DNA from: Opitutia bacterium KCR 482
Lineage (GTDB): Bacteria; Verrucomicrobiota; Verrucomicrobiia; Opitutales; Intestinicryptomonadaceae
NCBI GenBank assembly: GCA_029269845.2
Contig: CP149973.1
Coordinates: 732,328-764,327 of the forward strand
Direction: 5' to 3'
Length of the DNA stretch: 32,000 nt
In this document: one piece after another, positions 8,737 through 17,872 of the stretch
Position numbering within the stretch: the first letter of the stretch is position 1
Layout: every line of letters begins with the position of its first letter
The notes under the pieces: model-generated
What the model was told of the DNA's origin: nothing
The model's database searches: none
What the model saw: only the letters and a program-made list of their open reading frames with translations
Translations under genes and position numbers: made by a program

Positions 8737-9921
8737 ATGAAAAAATCCGTTGCAATAACGACAATCATCGCTTTCCACGCCGTGCTCATCGGCGGAATGT
8801 TAATACAGGCGGGCTGCAGCTCCGAACCGGAAGCCCAGCCCCAAAAGGCGCAATCGACGGTCGAGGAAATCAACCCGTCGCAGAAGGACGAATCTACCGT
8901 AGCAACCGAACAGCCCGTCGCGGAAACGCCCGCGGAACAGGCAAAAGAGGTTATCCCGCCCGAAGGCAGCCCCGCGCTCAGAGCCGCGCCCACGCGCCCC
9001 GCGTGGAACATGTCCGGCTCAAAATCGGAAGAACTTGTGCCCGCCGAACAGCCCAAGAAAAGCGGCGGCGACACGCTCGCGCCCATGGCGCCCGCAAAAC
9101 CCGCAGGCGGCGCAACGTACATCGTGCAAAAGGGAGACTCCCTCGCGAAAATCGCAAAAAAGCACAATGTCTCGCTCGAAAAGCTCCTTAAACTCAACGG
9201 AATGAACCGCGCGACGATTATCAAAGTAGGACAGGAAATCGCCCTGCCCGAACCCACTCCCGAAGCGGAAGTCGTCCCCGCAAAGCCCGCCGCGCCGCAA
9301 ATCGAATCTGCGGTCGAAACCGACGAACTTACGGTCTACATCGTCAAGAAGGGAGACTCGCTCGGAAGAATCGCCCGCAAGCACAAGACGACTGTCAAAC
9401 ATTTGATGGACATCAACGGGCTTAAAAACCACAACATCAAAATCGGGCAGAAGCTCAACGTCTCGAAGAAAGGCGCGGCGGCGGCAAAACAGTCCGAAAC
9501 AAAGAAAGCGGTCGTCCTCGCGGGCGGCGAACTTGAATATGTGGTGAAAAGCGGCGACACGCTCGGCGGAATCGCGCACAGACACGGCACTTCGGTCAAG
9601 GCGATAATGGAAAGAAACTCCATTAAGGACGCCCGCAAATTGAGGGTCGGACAGAAGCTCGTAATCGTCTCCAAAAAGGCGGTTGCGAAAGCCGAAAAGA
9701 AACAGGAGGCAAAGCCCGAACAGCCGAAGGCTGAAACGAAGTCCGAACCGCAAATCACGGTTGTGGGCGACGCAAACGCAAAGACGGAATCGGCGGCTTC
9801 GCAAGCGCCCGTTGTTGCTCCCGCGGCAGCTCCCGCCGCCCCCGCAACGCCCGCGCCTGCGGTAGCCCCCGAAGCCGCGCCCGCCTCCCAGCAGACAGAA
9901 CTTCCCGTAACGGAACTCTAA
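8737..9921 (+). CDS. Exported or lipid-anchored protein with three LysM peptidoglycan-binding repeats and Ala/Pro-rich spacers
   Basis: N-terminus MKKSVAITTIIAFHAVLIGGMLIQAGCSS is a signal sequence with a lipobox-like QAGC. Three LysM-type repeats are seen: YIVQKGDSLAKIAKKHNVSLEKLLKLNGM.., YIVKKGDSLGRIARKHKTTVKHLMDINGL.., YVVKSGDTLGGIAHRHGTSVKAIMERNSI... No catalytic domain was recognised. Confidence 0.85.
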   Translation: MKKSVAITTIIAFHAVLIGGMLIQAGCSSEPEAQPQKAQSTVEEINPSQKDESTVATEQPVAETPAEQAKEVIPPEGSPALRAAPTRPAWNMSGSKSEELVPAEQPKKSGGDTLAPMAPAKPAGGATYIVQKGDSLAKIAKKHNVSLEKLLKLNGMNRATIIKVGQEIALPEPTPEAEVVPAKPAAPQIESAVETDELTVYIVKKGDSLGRIARKHKTTVKHLMDINGLKNHNIKIGQKLNVSKKGAAAAKQSETKKAVVLAGGELEYVVKSGDTLGGIAHRHGTSVKAIMERNSIKDARKLRVGQKLVIVSKKAVAKAEKKQEAKPEQPKAETKSEPQITVVGDANAKTESAASQAPVVAPAAAPAAPATPAPAVAPEAAPASQQTELPVTEL

Positions 9922-9936
9922 CCGGCACTGTCGGAC

Positions 9937-11064
9937 ATGCCCGCTAAAATCGAAAAGTCGGGTCTGTTTGGCGCGTGGATTCCGATACTTCTGCCCGCAG
10001 TTTTTCTGACATCGCTCGGACTGCTGATTCTGGTCAGCGCGGGCGCGGGAGGAGACGACCCCTACGCCATTTTCCGCAAACAGGCCATGTGGCTTTTTAT
10101 CGCACTCGCCGCAGGATTCTTTGCGGCGTTTGTCGATTTAAAGTTCCTCAAAAAAATAGCAGTGCCGTTCGCGGCGGTGTCGATGGTATTGCTCGTGCTC
10201 GCGGTATACTCGCCGCTCGCGAAGGAGGTCAACGGCTCGCACAGGTGGATTGACCTCAAAGTGTTCGCGATACAGCCGAGCGACATCGCAAAATTCGCGT
10301 TCGTAATCTGGCTGTCGGCGTATTTGTACGACAACCAGCGGCGCATGAAGTCGTTTGTGCACGGGCTTGTGAAGCCGCTCTGCATTGTCGGCGCGTTCTG
10401 CGCGCTCATCATAATAGAGCCCGACTACGGCACGACGGCGGTTTTCGGCGCGATTGGCTTTATCCTGATTTTCCTTGCCGGCGCGCGCATTCTCTACATC
10501 GCGGCGATGGGGCTCCCCGTGCTTGCGGTGTTCTGCACGGCGGTGTACTTCAACCCCGTAAGACTCCAACGCGTGCTGAGCTTCCTCGACGTCGAGGGCA
10601 CGAAAACGGAAGGCTCGTACCAGCTCTATCAGGCGATACTCGCGTTCGGGTCGGGGAAAATCACGGGCGTGGGAATCGGACAGGGACGCCAACAGCTGGC
10701 GTTTCTTCCCGAAGCGCATACCGACTTCGTTTTCGCGATTGTCGGCGAAGAGCTTGGGCTTGTGTTCACATGGCTGGTGGTTGCCATGTTCCTTTTTCTT
10801 TTCATCGTGGGAATATTAAATCTCAGGAAAGCTCCCAATCTCTACGAATTTTCGGTGGCGACAGGCGCGTTGCTGATGATTGTGGTGCAGGCGGTTTCCA
10901 ACATGTGCGTCGTCACGGGGCTTATGCCGACAAAGGGGATATCGCTGCCGTTCATCAGCTACGGAGGGTCGAACCTCGTCGCGATGTTCGCCTTTACGGG
11001 ATTGCTTATAAACTGCGTGCGGAATTGGAGCAAACCCGCGCAAATAAGGGCAAGCGAACTATGA
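9937..11064 (+). CDS. ftsW: SEDS-family peptidoglycan glycosyltransferase / lipid II flippase FtsW
   Basis: 375 aa with about 10 TM segments. SEDS motif PEAHTDFVFAIVGEELG. Position immediately before murG. Confidence 0.9.
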   Translation: MPAKIEKSGLFGAWIPILLPAVFLTSLGLLILVSAGAGGDDPYAIFRKQAMWLFIALAAGFFAAFVDLKFLKKIAVPFAAVSMVLLVLAVYSPLAKEVNGSHRWIDLKVFAIQPSDIAKFAFVIWLSAYLYDNQRRMKSFVHGLVKPLCIVGAFCALIIIEPDYGTTAVFGAIGFILIFLAGARILYIAAMGLPVLAVFCTAVYFNPVRLQRVLSFLDVEGTKTEGSYQLYQAILAFGSGKITGVGIGQGRQQLAFLPEAHTDFVFAIVGEELGLVFTWLVVAMFLFLFIVGILNLRKAPNLYEFSVATGALLMIVVQAVSNMCVVTGLMPTKGISLPFISYGGSNLVAMFAFTGLLINCVRNWSKPAQIRASEL

Positions 11065-12152
11065 GCAAATTCATAATTTTGTGCGGCGGCACGGGCGGAC
11101 ATCTCGCCCCAGGGCTCGCCGTGGGACAGGCGTTGATCAAGGCGGGGCACGAAGCGAGCTTTGTGATAAGCCGCAAACAGGTCGATTCGCGCCTTGTTGC
11201 GAAGTATTCCGACCTCCACATTATCAAAGCCCCCGGAATGGCGTTTTCGAAAAACCCCGCCAAACTTTTGGCGTTTTTGAAGGAGCTGAAAAACGCGGTG
11301 CTGTTCGGCAAAAAAGTTCTCGAAGACGGAAAGTACGACGTCGTGATAAGCTTCGGCGGCTTCAACTCGCTGGGGGTGTCGCTCGCGGCGGCGTGGAAGG
11401 GAATCCCGATTGTTCTGCACGAGGCGAACCGCAAGGCGGGCAAGGCTACGCGCCTGCTCGGGCACTTCGCAAAACGCATCTACGTTCCCTACGGCGTGCG
11501 CATTCCGCGCCGCAAGGCGGGACAGGTAAAACACGCGGGCTATCCCGTGCGCGACGAAATCAAGCTGCTCCCCGCGGAGGAATCGAAAGCGGCGTTCGGC
11601 TTTGCGGCAGAGGCAAACATTCTGCTCGTTCTGGGCGGCAGCCAGGGGGCGGCGGCTCTAAACGAATGGGCGAACGCAAAATTCCAGAAGCTCGCCGACG
11701 CGGGAATCGACGTGCTTTGCGTCTGCGGCCCGGGGAAGGACAAGTTCGAAAACCGCGCAATCAAGGCGGCGGACGGCAAAACGCGGCAGATTAAATTCCT
11801 CGAATTTTGCGACAACATGGCGGCGGCGATGTCGGCGTCGAAAGTAGTCGTGGCGCGGGCGGGCGCGGGAACAATAGCGGAGCTTGCGCGGTGCAGGCTT
11901 CCGTCGGTCATCGTGCCCTACCCCTACGCCGCCGACAACCACCAGTTCGAAAACGCAAAATGCTTCGAGCGTCAGGGCGGTTGCGTGGTGCTCGAACAGC
12001 GCAACCTCCACAAACTCTTCGACGAAGTCCTCGAAATTTTCGGCAACGAAAAGCTCAAAGAAAACATGGAGAAAAACCTCGAACGCGTGGACGACCTCAA
12101 CGATGCCTCGAAGATTGTTTCAGACCTCTCCGAAATAGCGCGCTCCGAATAA
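11061..12152 (+). CDS. murG: UDP-GlcNAc:lipid I N-acetylglucosaminyltransferase MurG
   Basis: ATG 11061 overlaps the ftsW stop (ATGA). Motifs GGTGGHLAPG, GGSQGAAALN and HQFENA are present. The track ORF start at 10770 is a spurious upstream extension. Confidence 0.9.
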   Translation: MSKFIILCGGTGGHLAPGLAVGQALIKAGHEASFVISRKQVDSRLVAKYSDLHIIKAPGMAFSKNPAKLLAFLKELKNAVLFGKKVLEDGKYDVVISFGGFNSLGVSLAAAWKGIPIVLHEANRKAGKATRLLGHFAKRIYVPYGVRIPRRKAGQVKHAGYPVRDEIKLLPAEESKAAFGFAAEANILLVLGGSQGAAALNEWANAKFQKLADAGIDVLCVCGPGKDKFENRAIKAADGKTRQIKFLEFCDNMAAAMSASKVVVARAGAGTIAELARCRLPSVIVPYPYAADNHQFENAKCFERQGGCVVLEQRNLHKLFDEVLEIFGNEKLKENMEKNLERVDDLNDASKIVSDLSEIARSE

Positions 12153-13381
12153 TGGCGGACAAATTCTACATGATGGGCGTTTGCGGAATGGGCATGGCTC
12201 CCCTTGCCGCGTTTCTCAAAGACGGCGGCGCGGACGTGGAGGGCTTCGACCACTCGCCGAATTTCGACGTGAAAAGCGCGCTCGAAAAATGCGGCGTGGA
12301 ATTCGAAAATCCGCACAGGATCGAGCCCGACAGGAGGGTCGTAATCAGCACAGCCCTTGCGCGCCGAGTCGGCGAAATCAGGGCGGCGACGGGCTGCGAC
12401 GAAATAATCAGGCGCGGAGAGTGCTGGGCGGAGCTTTGCGCCGACCGCAGGCTGACGGCGGTCGTCGGCAGCCACGGCAAAAGCACGGTGAGCGCGCTGA
12501 TTGCCCACGCCGCGCGGAAACTCGGGCTTGACTGCGGATACCTCGTGGGGGCAGTCCCCGTAGATTTTCCCATGCACAGATACTGCGGGAAAGGCGGAAT
12601 CGTGGTCTCTGAAATCGACGAAAGCGACGGCACAATAGAGAGGTTTTCGCCCGAAATAACCGTCGCGCTCAACGCCGACCTCGACCACACCGACACTTAC
12701 GCCGACACTTCGCGCCTCGAAGAAATGTTCGAAAGGCTCTTTGCGCGCACGAAAAAAACCGTAATCTACCCGAAGGGCGACGCGCTGCTCGAACGCGTCG
12801 CGGCGCGGTCTAAATCGCCGTGCCGCGCGGTCGAAACCGGGACTGAATTCACGCAAATCAACCGCGCGATGGCAACGGCGGCGGTCGAGGAGACTTTCGC
12901 AATAAAAATCGACACGTCGGTTTTCGACGACTACAAAGGGCTTCTGCGCAGACAGGAAACCCTGCTCGACACCCCGCGCCTGCGGGTCGTCGCCGACTAC
13001 GCGCACCACCCCAACGAAGTGAAGTCTTTTCTCGGCTGGTTCTGCAAAAAATACGGCGGCGACAGAATCGTGGCGTTCCAGCCGCACAGGTACACGCGCA
13101 CGCGCAGGTTCGCCGCCGACTTCGCGCGGATTCTCGACGAACGCGCAGACGACGCCGAAATTTTCCTGCTGCCCGTCTACCCCGCGAGCGAGCCTTTCGA
13201 CCCCCTCGGAGAAAGCTCCGCCATCGCCGAAAAATCGACGCGCATTAAGCTTGCGAAACCCGAAGAATTTTTCAAAATCGTTGCGGACAAAATCAAAAGT
13301 GTCGACGCCCGAAAAACGAACGTCGCGATAGTCGGCGCGGGCGATTTCTACTTTTCGGCAAAGGAATTTTTCAGACAATGA
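12152..13381 (+). CDS. murC: UDP-MurNAc:L-alanine ligase MurC
   Basis: ATG 12152 forms a TAATG junction with murG. N-domain GVCGMGMAPLA, P-loop GSHGKST and the DYAHHP motif are present. At 409 aa it is shorter than E. coli MurC (about 490 aa, from memory). Confidence 0.85.
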   Translation: MADKFYMMGVCGMGMAPLAAFLKDGGADVEGFDHSPNFDVKSALEKCGVEFENPHRIEPDRRVVISTALARRVGEIRAATGCDEIIRRGECWAELCADRRLTAVVGSHGKSTVSALIAHAARKLGLDCGYLVGAVPVDFPMHRYCGKGGIVVSEIDESDGTIERFSPEITVALNADLDHTDTYADTSRLEEMFERLFARTKKTVIYPKGDALLERVAARSKSPCRAVETGTEFTQINRAMATAAVEETFAIKIDTSVFDDYKGLLRRQETLLDTPRLRVVADYAHHPNEVKSFLGWFCKKYGGDRIVAFQPHRYTRTRRFAADFARILDERADDAEIFLLPVYPASEPFDPLGESSAIAEKSTRIKLAKPEEFFKIVADKIKSVDARKTNVAIVGAGDFYFSAKEFFRQ

Positions 13382-14289
13382 AACAAAAATTGGCAGTTTT
13401 CTGCGGGGGCATCTCCCCCGAACGCGACGTGTCGCTTGTGAGCGGCAAAAACGTTTTCGACGCGCTCAAAGACAAATTCGACGCCGTACTCGTGCGGCTC
13501 GACGAAAACAAACTCCCCGACGGGCCGAACCCCGCCGACACCGTAATATACCCCGCAATGCACGGCGACTACGGCGAGGACGGCACGCTCCAAGAACAGC
13601 TCGAAGCCGCGGGGTTCTCTTACGCGGGCTGCGGGCCGCTGTCGAGCCGAGTCTGCATGGTAAAACCCGCGGCAAAGGCGGTGCTCAAATTCGCGGGGCT
13701 TCCGACGGCGCGGGCAATCGAGTTTTCCGCGGACGACAAGCCCTCGGCGGAAACGCTCTTCGAACTCTTCCCGAACGGCTCAATCGTAAAGCCCGCCGAC
13801 AAGGGCAGCAGCGTGGGGCTGATAACGGTGAAGACCCCCGCCGACGCCGAAGCGGGGCTTAAAACCATTTCCGAAGGCCAGTGGCTTGCGGAGGAATTCC
13901 GCAGGGGGCGCGAATTTTCGATAGGCGTAATCTACGGCAAGGCGGCGGGCGTTGTGGAAATCAGCCCCGAGGGCGGCGTGTACGACTTCAAGCGCAAATA
14001 CACTGCGGGCAGCACGCATTACGACTTCCCCGCAAAAATCTCCGACGCTTTCGCTTCCGCCATGCGCGACGCCGCCGAAAGGGCTTTCGCCGCGTGCGGC
14101 TGCCGCGACTTCGCGAGGGTGGACTTCATCGGCAACGACGAGTCAGACTTCGTTATTCTGGAAATCAACACGCTCCCCGGAATGACCCCCACAAGCCTCC
14201 TGCCCAAAAGCGCAAGCTGCGTCGGCTACGACTTCAAATCGCTCTGCGAAAAACTCGCCGAGGGGGCTGTTTCGAGACTCCGCAAATAA
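13378..14289 (+). CDS. ddl: D-alanine--D-alanine ligase
   Basis: 303 aa ATP-grasp protein. Motifs HGDYGEDGTLQEQLE and LEINTLPGMT are present. Its start overlaps the murC stop (ATGA). Confidence 0.9.
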   Translation: MKQKLAVFCGGISPERDVSLVSGKNVFDALKDKFDAVLVRLDENKLPDGPNPADTVIYPAMHGDYGEDGTLQEQLEAAGFSYAGCGPLSSRVCMVKPAAKAVLKFAGLPTARAIEFSADDKPSAETLFELFPNGSIVKPADKGSSVGLITVKTPADAEAGLKTISEGQWLAEEFRRGREFSIGVIYGKAAGVVEISPEGGVYDFKRKYTAGSTHYDFPAKISDAFASAMRDAAERAFAACGCRDFARVDFIGNDESDFVILEINTLPGMTPTSLLPKSASCVGYDFKSLCEKLAEGAVSRLRK

Positions 14290-15194
14290 TGCCCAAAAAA
14301 CGCACAACAGACTCCGCCGATTGGACGTCCCTCAAAAGCGGAATGTCGAAGAAAAGCTCGCGCAGCAAGCCGATTTCGTGGCGCGCGCTCGGCCGCCGCG
14401 TCTGGGTCTGGACAAAGCGCGTTTGCGCCGTAGCCGCGCTCGTCGGGATAGTATGGGGCGGAATCGAGCTTTACAGAAACTCGTATTTCGACGACTTCTT
14501 CGGCGGCGAAAGCAAGCCGATAAGCCGACTCGAATTCAAGACCGACGGCGCGATAACGGGCGCGTGGCTCAACGGCTACCTGAAAATCAGGCGCGGCACG
14601 AAGCTTGCGGACGTCAATATTTTCGCGATAAAGCAGTCGCTCGACGCGATGTCGCAAATCAAAAGCTCGAAAGTCGAAAGGCTCTACCCCGACGTTCTGC
14701 GCATCACGATTTCGGAGCGCGCGCCGATTGCGAAAGTCTCGCGAAAGGTGGACTTCCAGACGCGCGTGTTTTTGATGGACTCCGACGGCGCGTTCTTCTC
14801 GCCCGTGTGCATTTCGGACGATAAGATAAAATCGCTGAAAACGGTAGCGGGGATAGCCACCAAGTTTGCGGGCAACGCCCCCGCGCCCTACGGGCTTGCG
14901 CAAAAGCTCGAAGAATTTTTGAACGCCACGAAAGCCCGCGTCCCCGAAATCTACGGCTCGTGGGTGTCGGTCGACGTGTCGCAGCTCGGCAGCCGCACGC
15001 TCCCGCTCATAACCGCAACCGCCGCCGACGGCGCGAAATACGTTTTCAAGCCCTCCGAATATCCCCGCCAACTCGACAGGCTGGAATACATAATGAAATA
15101 CATGAGGGAAAACCCGACAAACAAAGCCGAGAAAATAGACCTCACGCTCGAAGAGTGGTCGGTCGTAAAATTCGAAACACCGAAATCGAAATGA
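14289..15194 (+). CDS. ftsQ: Cell division protein FtsQ/DivIB (bitopic, POTRA-containing)
   Basis: ATG 14289 forms a TAATG junction with ddl. A basic cytoplasmic tail is followed by one TM (VCAVAALVGIVWGGI) and a POTRA-like segment (ISRLEFKTDGAITGAWLNGYLKI...VERLYPDVLRITISERAPIA). Position before ftsA. Confidence 0.7.
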   Translation: MPKKRTTDSADWTSLKSGMSKKSSRSKPISWRALGRRVWVWTKRVCAVAALVGIVWGGIELYRNSYFDDFFGGESKPISRLEFKTDGAITGAWLNGYLKIRRGTKLADVNIFAIKQSLDAMSQIKSSKVERLYPDVLRITISERAPIAKVSRKVDFQTRVFLMDSDGAFFSPVCISDDKIKSLKTVAGIATKFAGNAPAPYGLAQKLEEFLNATKARVPEIYGSWVSVDVSQLGSRTLPLITATAADGAKYVFKPSEYPRQLDRLEYIMKYMRENPTNKAEKIDLTLEEWSVVKFETPKSK

Positions 15195-16381
15195 GCAAAA
15201 GCAAGACAATAGCCGCGCTTGAAATAGGAACGGGAAAGATGCAGGTTTTCCTCGGCGAAATAGTCGACGGCAAAATGCTCAACATAGTCGGAAGCGGTCA
15301 GGCGACGACCGCGGGCGTCAAAAAGGCGGACATCTGCGACGTGGTGAAGGCGGCGGCGCAGGCGCAGGCGGCAATCGTCATGGCGGAGCATTCGGGCGAC
15401 ACGCCGATAAAGTCGGTGTGTCTGGGAATCAGCGGAACGCACATCAGGGGTTTTAGGAATACGGGTTCGGCGAACGTATCCGGCGCGGACGGAATAGTCC
15501 GCCGCGAAGACCTGCAACGGGCAATCGACGACGCGCGGGGGAAGTCGCTCGCCGACGGTAGAACCTACATTCAGCGCATTTGCAGCGGCTACTTCCTCGA
15601 CGGCAAATACTGCGCCGACCCAGTGGGAGAAAAGGCGGAGCACATCGAAGTGTCTTACTGGATGCTCCACGGCGACCGCGAGAAAATCACCGACGCCCTG
15701 CATGTGGTGCAGAGCTTCGGGCTTGAAGTGGAATACCTCGTGTTTTCGGGAATCGCGTCGGGATATGTCGTAAGCGACGCAAAGCAGAAGGAAAACGGCG
15801 TGCTCGTGGTAGACATCGGCTGCGGTACGAGCGACTACGCCTACTTCAAGCACGGCAAACCCGTCTTCGCGGGCGTAATCCCAATCGGCGGCGACCACAT
15901 CACAAACGACCTCTCGTTCGGCCTGCGCCTGAGCCGCAAAGACTCGGAGCGCATTAAAATCCACTGCGGAAAGGCGACGATTACCGAAGACGAAAAATCG
16001 CAACAGTTCTGGAACATCGGCAACAAGCAAATCGGCGACAAGAAAATCCCGATGGACGCAATCAACCGCATTATCCGCGCGCGCCTCGAAGAGCTTTTCA
16101 CGCTCCTGCGCGACGAATGCGCCGAGCACATGCCCGAATACGCCGAACTCAACGAATGCGTCATCACGGGCGGCACGGCGAACCTCGCGGGAATCTGCGA
16201 GCTTGCCTCGGCGGTGCTCGAAGTGCCGTGCTCGAAAGGCAAATTCGGCGGCGCGTTGCAGCCGTCGCTGAGGTATCAGGAATTTGCGACCGCACTCGGA
16301 CTCCTCGAACACGCCCGAATGGAGGAGGAAAAATCGGCGCGGAAAAAGACGGGCTGGCTCTCAACACTTTTCAATTTCTGA
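15191..16381 (+). CDS. ftsA: Cell division protein FtsA (actin-like ATPase)
   Basis: ATG 15191 overlaps the ftsQ stop (ATGA). Phosphate-binding motifs ALEIGTGKMQVFLGE and VVDIGCGTSDYAYF are present. The C-terminus has an amphipathic membrane-targeting helix (KKTGWLSTLFNF). Confidence 0.9.
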   Translation: MSKSKTIAALEIGTGKMQVFLGEIVDGKMLNIVGSGQATTAGVKKADICDVVKAAAQAQAAIVMAEHSGDTPIKSVCLGISGTHIRGFRNTGSANVSGADGIVRREDLQRAIDDARGKSLADGRTYIQRICSGYFLDGKYCADPVGEKAEHIEVSYWMLHGDREKITDALHVVQSFGLEVEYLVFSGIASGYVVSDAKQKENGVLVVDIGCGTSDYAYFKHGKPVFAGVIPIGGDHITNDLSFGLRLSRKDSERIKIHCGKATITEDEKSQQFWNIGNKQIGDKKIPMDAINRIIRARLEELFTLLRDECAEHMPEYAELNECVITGGTANLAGICELASAVLEVPCSKGKFGGALQPSLRYQEFATALGLLEHARMEEEKSARKKTGWLSTLFNF

Positions 16382-16382
16382 C

Positions 16383-17762
16383 ATGCTTGCAACTTCACAA
16401 ATAAAAATCGCGGGCGTCGGCGGCGCGGGAATCGCCGTGCTCAACGACCTCGCGCCCGAACTCCCCGCGGGCGTCGCAACGGCGGCGGTCGATACCGACG
16501 CGGCGGCGGTGGAAGGCTCGGCGGCTTCCGTCAAAATCGCGCTGATTGAAAACGGCGAGGGTTCGGGGGCCGACACAATGGCGGCAAAAGAGGCGGCAGT
16601 CGCGCACGCAAAAGAGCTTGAAACGCTCGCCGACGGCGCAAGGCTGCTCGTGCTTCTGGCGGGGCTTGGCGGAGGCACGGGAAGCGTAGTCGCCCCCATG
16701 ATTTCGAAAATCGCCGCGCAAACCCCCGACTGCGCCGTGTTCGCGTTTTCGGTTCTGCCGCTCTCGGTCGAAGGCTCGCAAAGGCAGACGCTTGCGTTCA
16801 GGGCGCAAAACTATTTGGCAAAGCACTGCCGCGCGGCGTTCGCGCTGCCCAACGACCTTATCCTTGCGCGGCTGAACGCGCCGATTGCCGAGGCGTTCGC
16901 GGCGGCAAACGCAAACGTGGTTTCGGCGGCGGCCTCTCTCGTAAAAATGCTCTCGGCAAGGGGAATTGTGAACGTGGACTTCCCGACGCTTTCGAAAGTA
17001 TTTCCGAAAAGGGAGGACGCCCGCGCGTTTGTGGCGTACGGCACGGGCGCCGGCGATGACGCTGTGGCGCGGGCGGTCGCCGAGCTTTCGAAATCGCCCA
17101 TGCTGCCCGACGGCGCGAAGCCCGAATCGCTCGTTTTGAGCCTGCGCTGCGGAAAAAATTTCGAGATGAACAAAATGCAAATGCTTCTCGAAAGCGTCTC
17201 CGACGCATTCGGCAGACCCGAAAGAATGGCGTTCGGAGCGGCGGCGGAAGACGCGTTTTCCGACAACATCGAAGTCTGTGTAATGGGCCCGTGCCCGTCC
17301 GCGCCAAAGCCCGCGGCGGAGACAAAACCCGTACAGCCCGCGGCGCAGCCCGCAGCCCAAACGGCGGCGGAAGCCGAAGCCGAGCAACCCGCCTCCCCCG
17401 CGCCAGCGCAAAGCGCGGCGGCGGAAGAACGGGCTTCCGACGACGTGTCGATGCCAGAAGCAAAGGACGATACCATCACATCGAACGAAAAGGTCGAAGT
17501 TGCTGCGCCCCTTGCAAGCGCGGCGGCAAACACGCCCGCCCCCGTGCCCGCCGAACCCGAAGAGAAAGGCAGAAAGTCGTTTTTCGGCTTCGGGCGCAAA
17601 AAGAAAAAAGCCCCCGAATCTCCCAAGACGCAGACGGAATTCGAATTCATGGAGCTTTCGCAACAGCGCGGATTCTTTCAGGACACGCCGCCGAATATCC
17701 GCAACGGCGTTGACTTGGACGTGCCGACCTACATGCGCAAGGGCATAAAAATAGTCCTCTAA
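16383..17762 (+). CDS. ftsZ: Divergent FtsZ (tubulin-like GTPase) with a long Ala/Pro-rich linker and a conserved C-terminal peptide
   Basis: ATG 16383 lies 1 nt after the ftsA stop. IKIAGVGGAGIAVLNDL, LAGLGGGTGSVVAPMI, ALPNDLIL and IVNVDFPTL align by eye to FtsZ motifs. The C-terminal DLDVPTYMRKGIKI matches the FtsA-binding peptide pattern. The track ORF start at 16284 is a spurious extension. Confidence 0.8.
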   Translation: MLATSQIKIAGVGGAGIAVLNDLAPELPAGVATAAVDTDAAAVEGSAASVKIALIENGEGSGADTMAAKEAAVAHAKELETLADGARLLVLLAGLGGGTGSVVAPMISKIAAQTPDCAVFAFSVLPLSVEGSQRQTLAFRAQNYLAKHCRAAFALPNDLILARLNAPIAEAFAAANANVVSAAASLVKMLSARGIVNVDFPTLSKVFPKREDARAFVAYGTGAGDDAVARAVAELSKSPMLPDGAKPESLVLSLRCGKNFEMNKMQMLLESVSDAFGRPERMAFGAAAEDAFSDNIEVCVMGPCPSAPKPAAETKPVQPAAQPAAQTAAEAEAEQPASPAPAQSAAAEERASDDVSMPEAKDDTITSNEKVEVAAPLASAAANTPAPVPAEPEEKGRKSFFGFGRKKKKAPESPKTQTEFEFMELSQQRGFFQDTPPNIRNGVDLDVPTYMRKGIKIVL

Positions 17763-17813
17763 CGCGGCAAAAATTCAGAACCGAACGCGGCGGCAAACCC
17801 CGCTTTCGGCTTC

Positions 17814-17845
17814 CCCGCGGTGCGCGGGCGTTTGAAAATTTTTGC
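17814..17845 (+). terminator. Candidate intrinsic terminator after ftsZ (short GC hairpin plus T-rich tail)
   Basis: CCCGCG (17814-17819) pairs with CGCGGG (17823-17828) across a 3-nt loop. The tail that follows is CGTTTGAAAATTTTT. Stem and loop are both short, so confidence is low. Confidence 0.3.
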
Positions 17846-17872
17846 GCCGAAGCGTGAAATTTCAAAAGACAC

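Noticed and set aside
11972-13378. 468-aa antisense ORF opposite murC. The same applies to 14951..16312 opposite ftsA, 16395..17663 opposite ftsZ, 20965..22038 opposite the dehydrogenase, 4805..5872 opposite murF and 3695..4594 opposite murE.
   Set aside because: All are shadow ORFs of high-GC coding regions. None has motifs, sensible start contexts or independent spacing.
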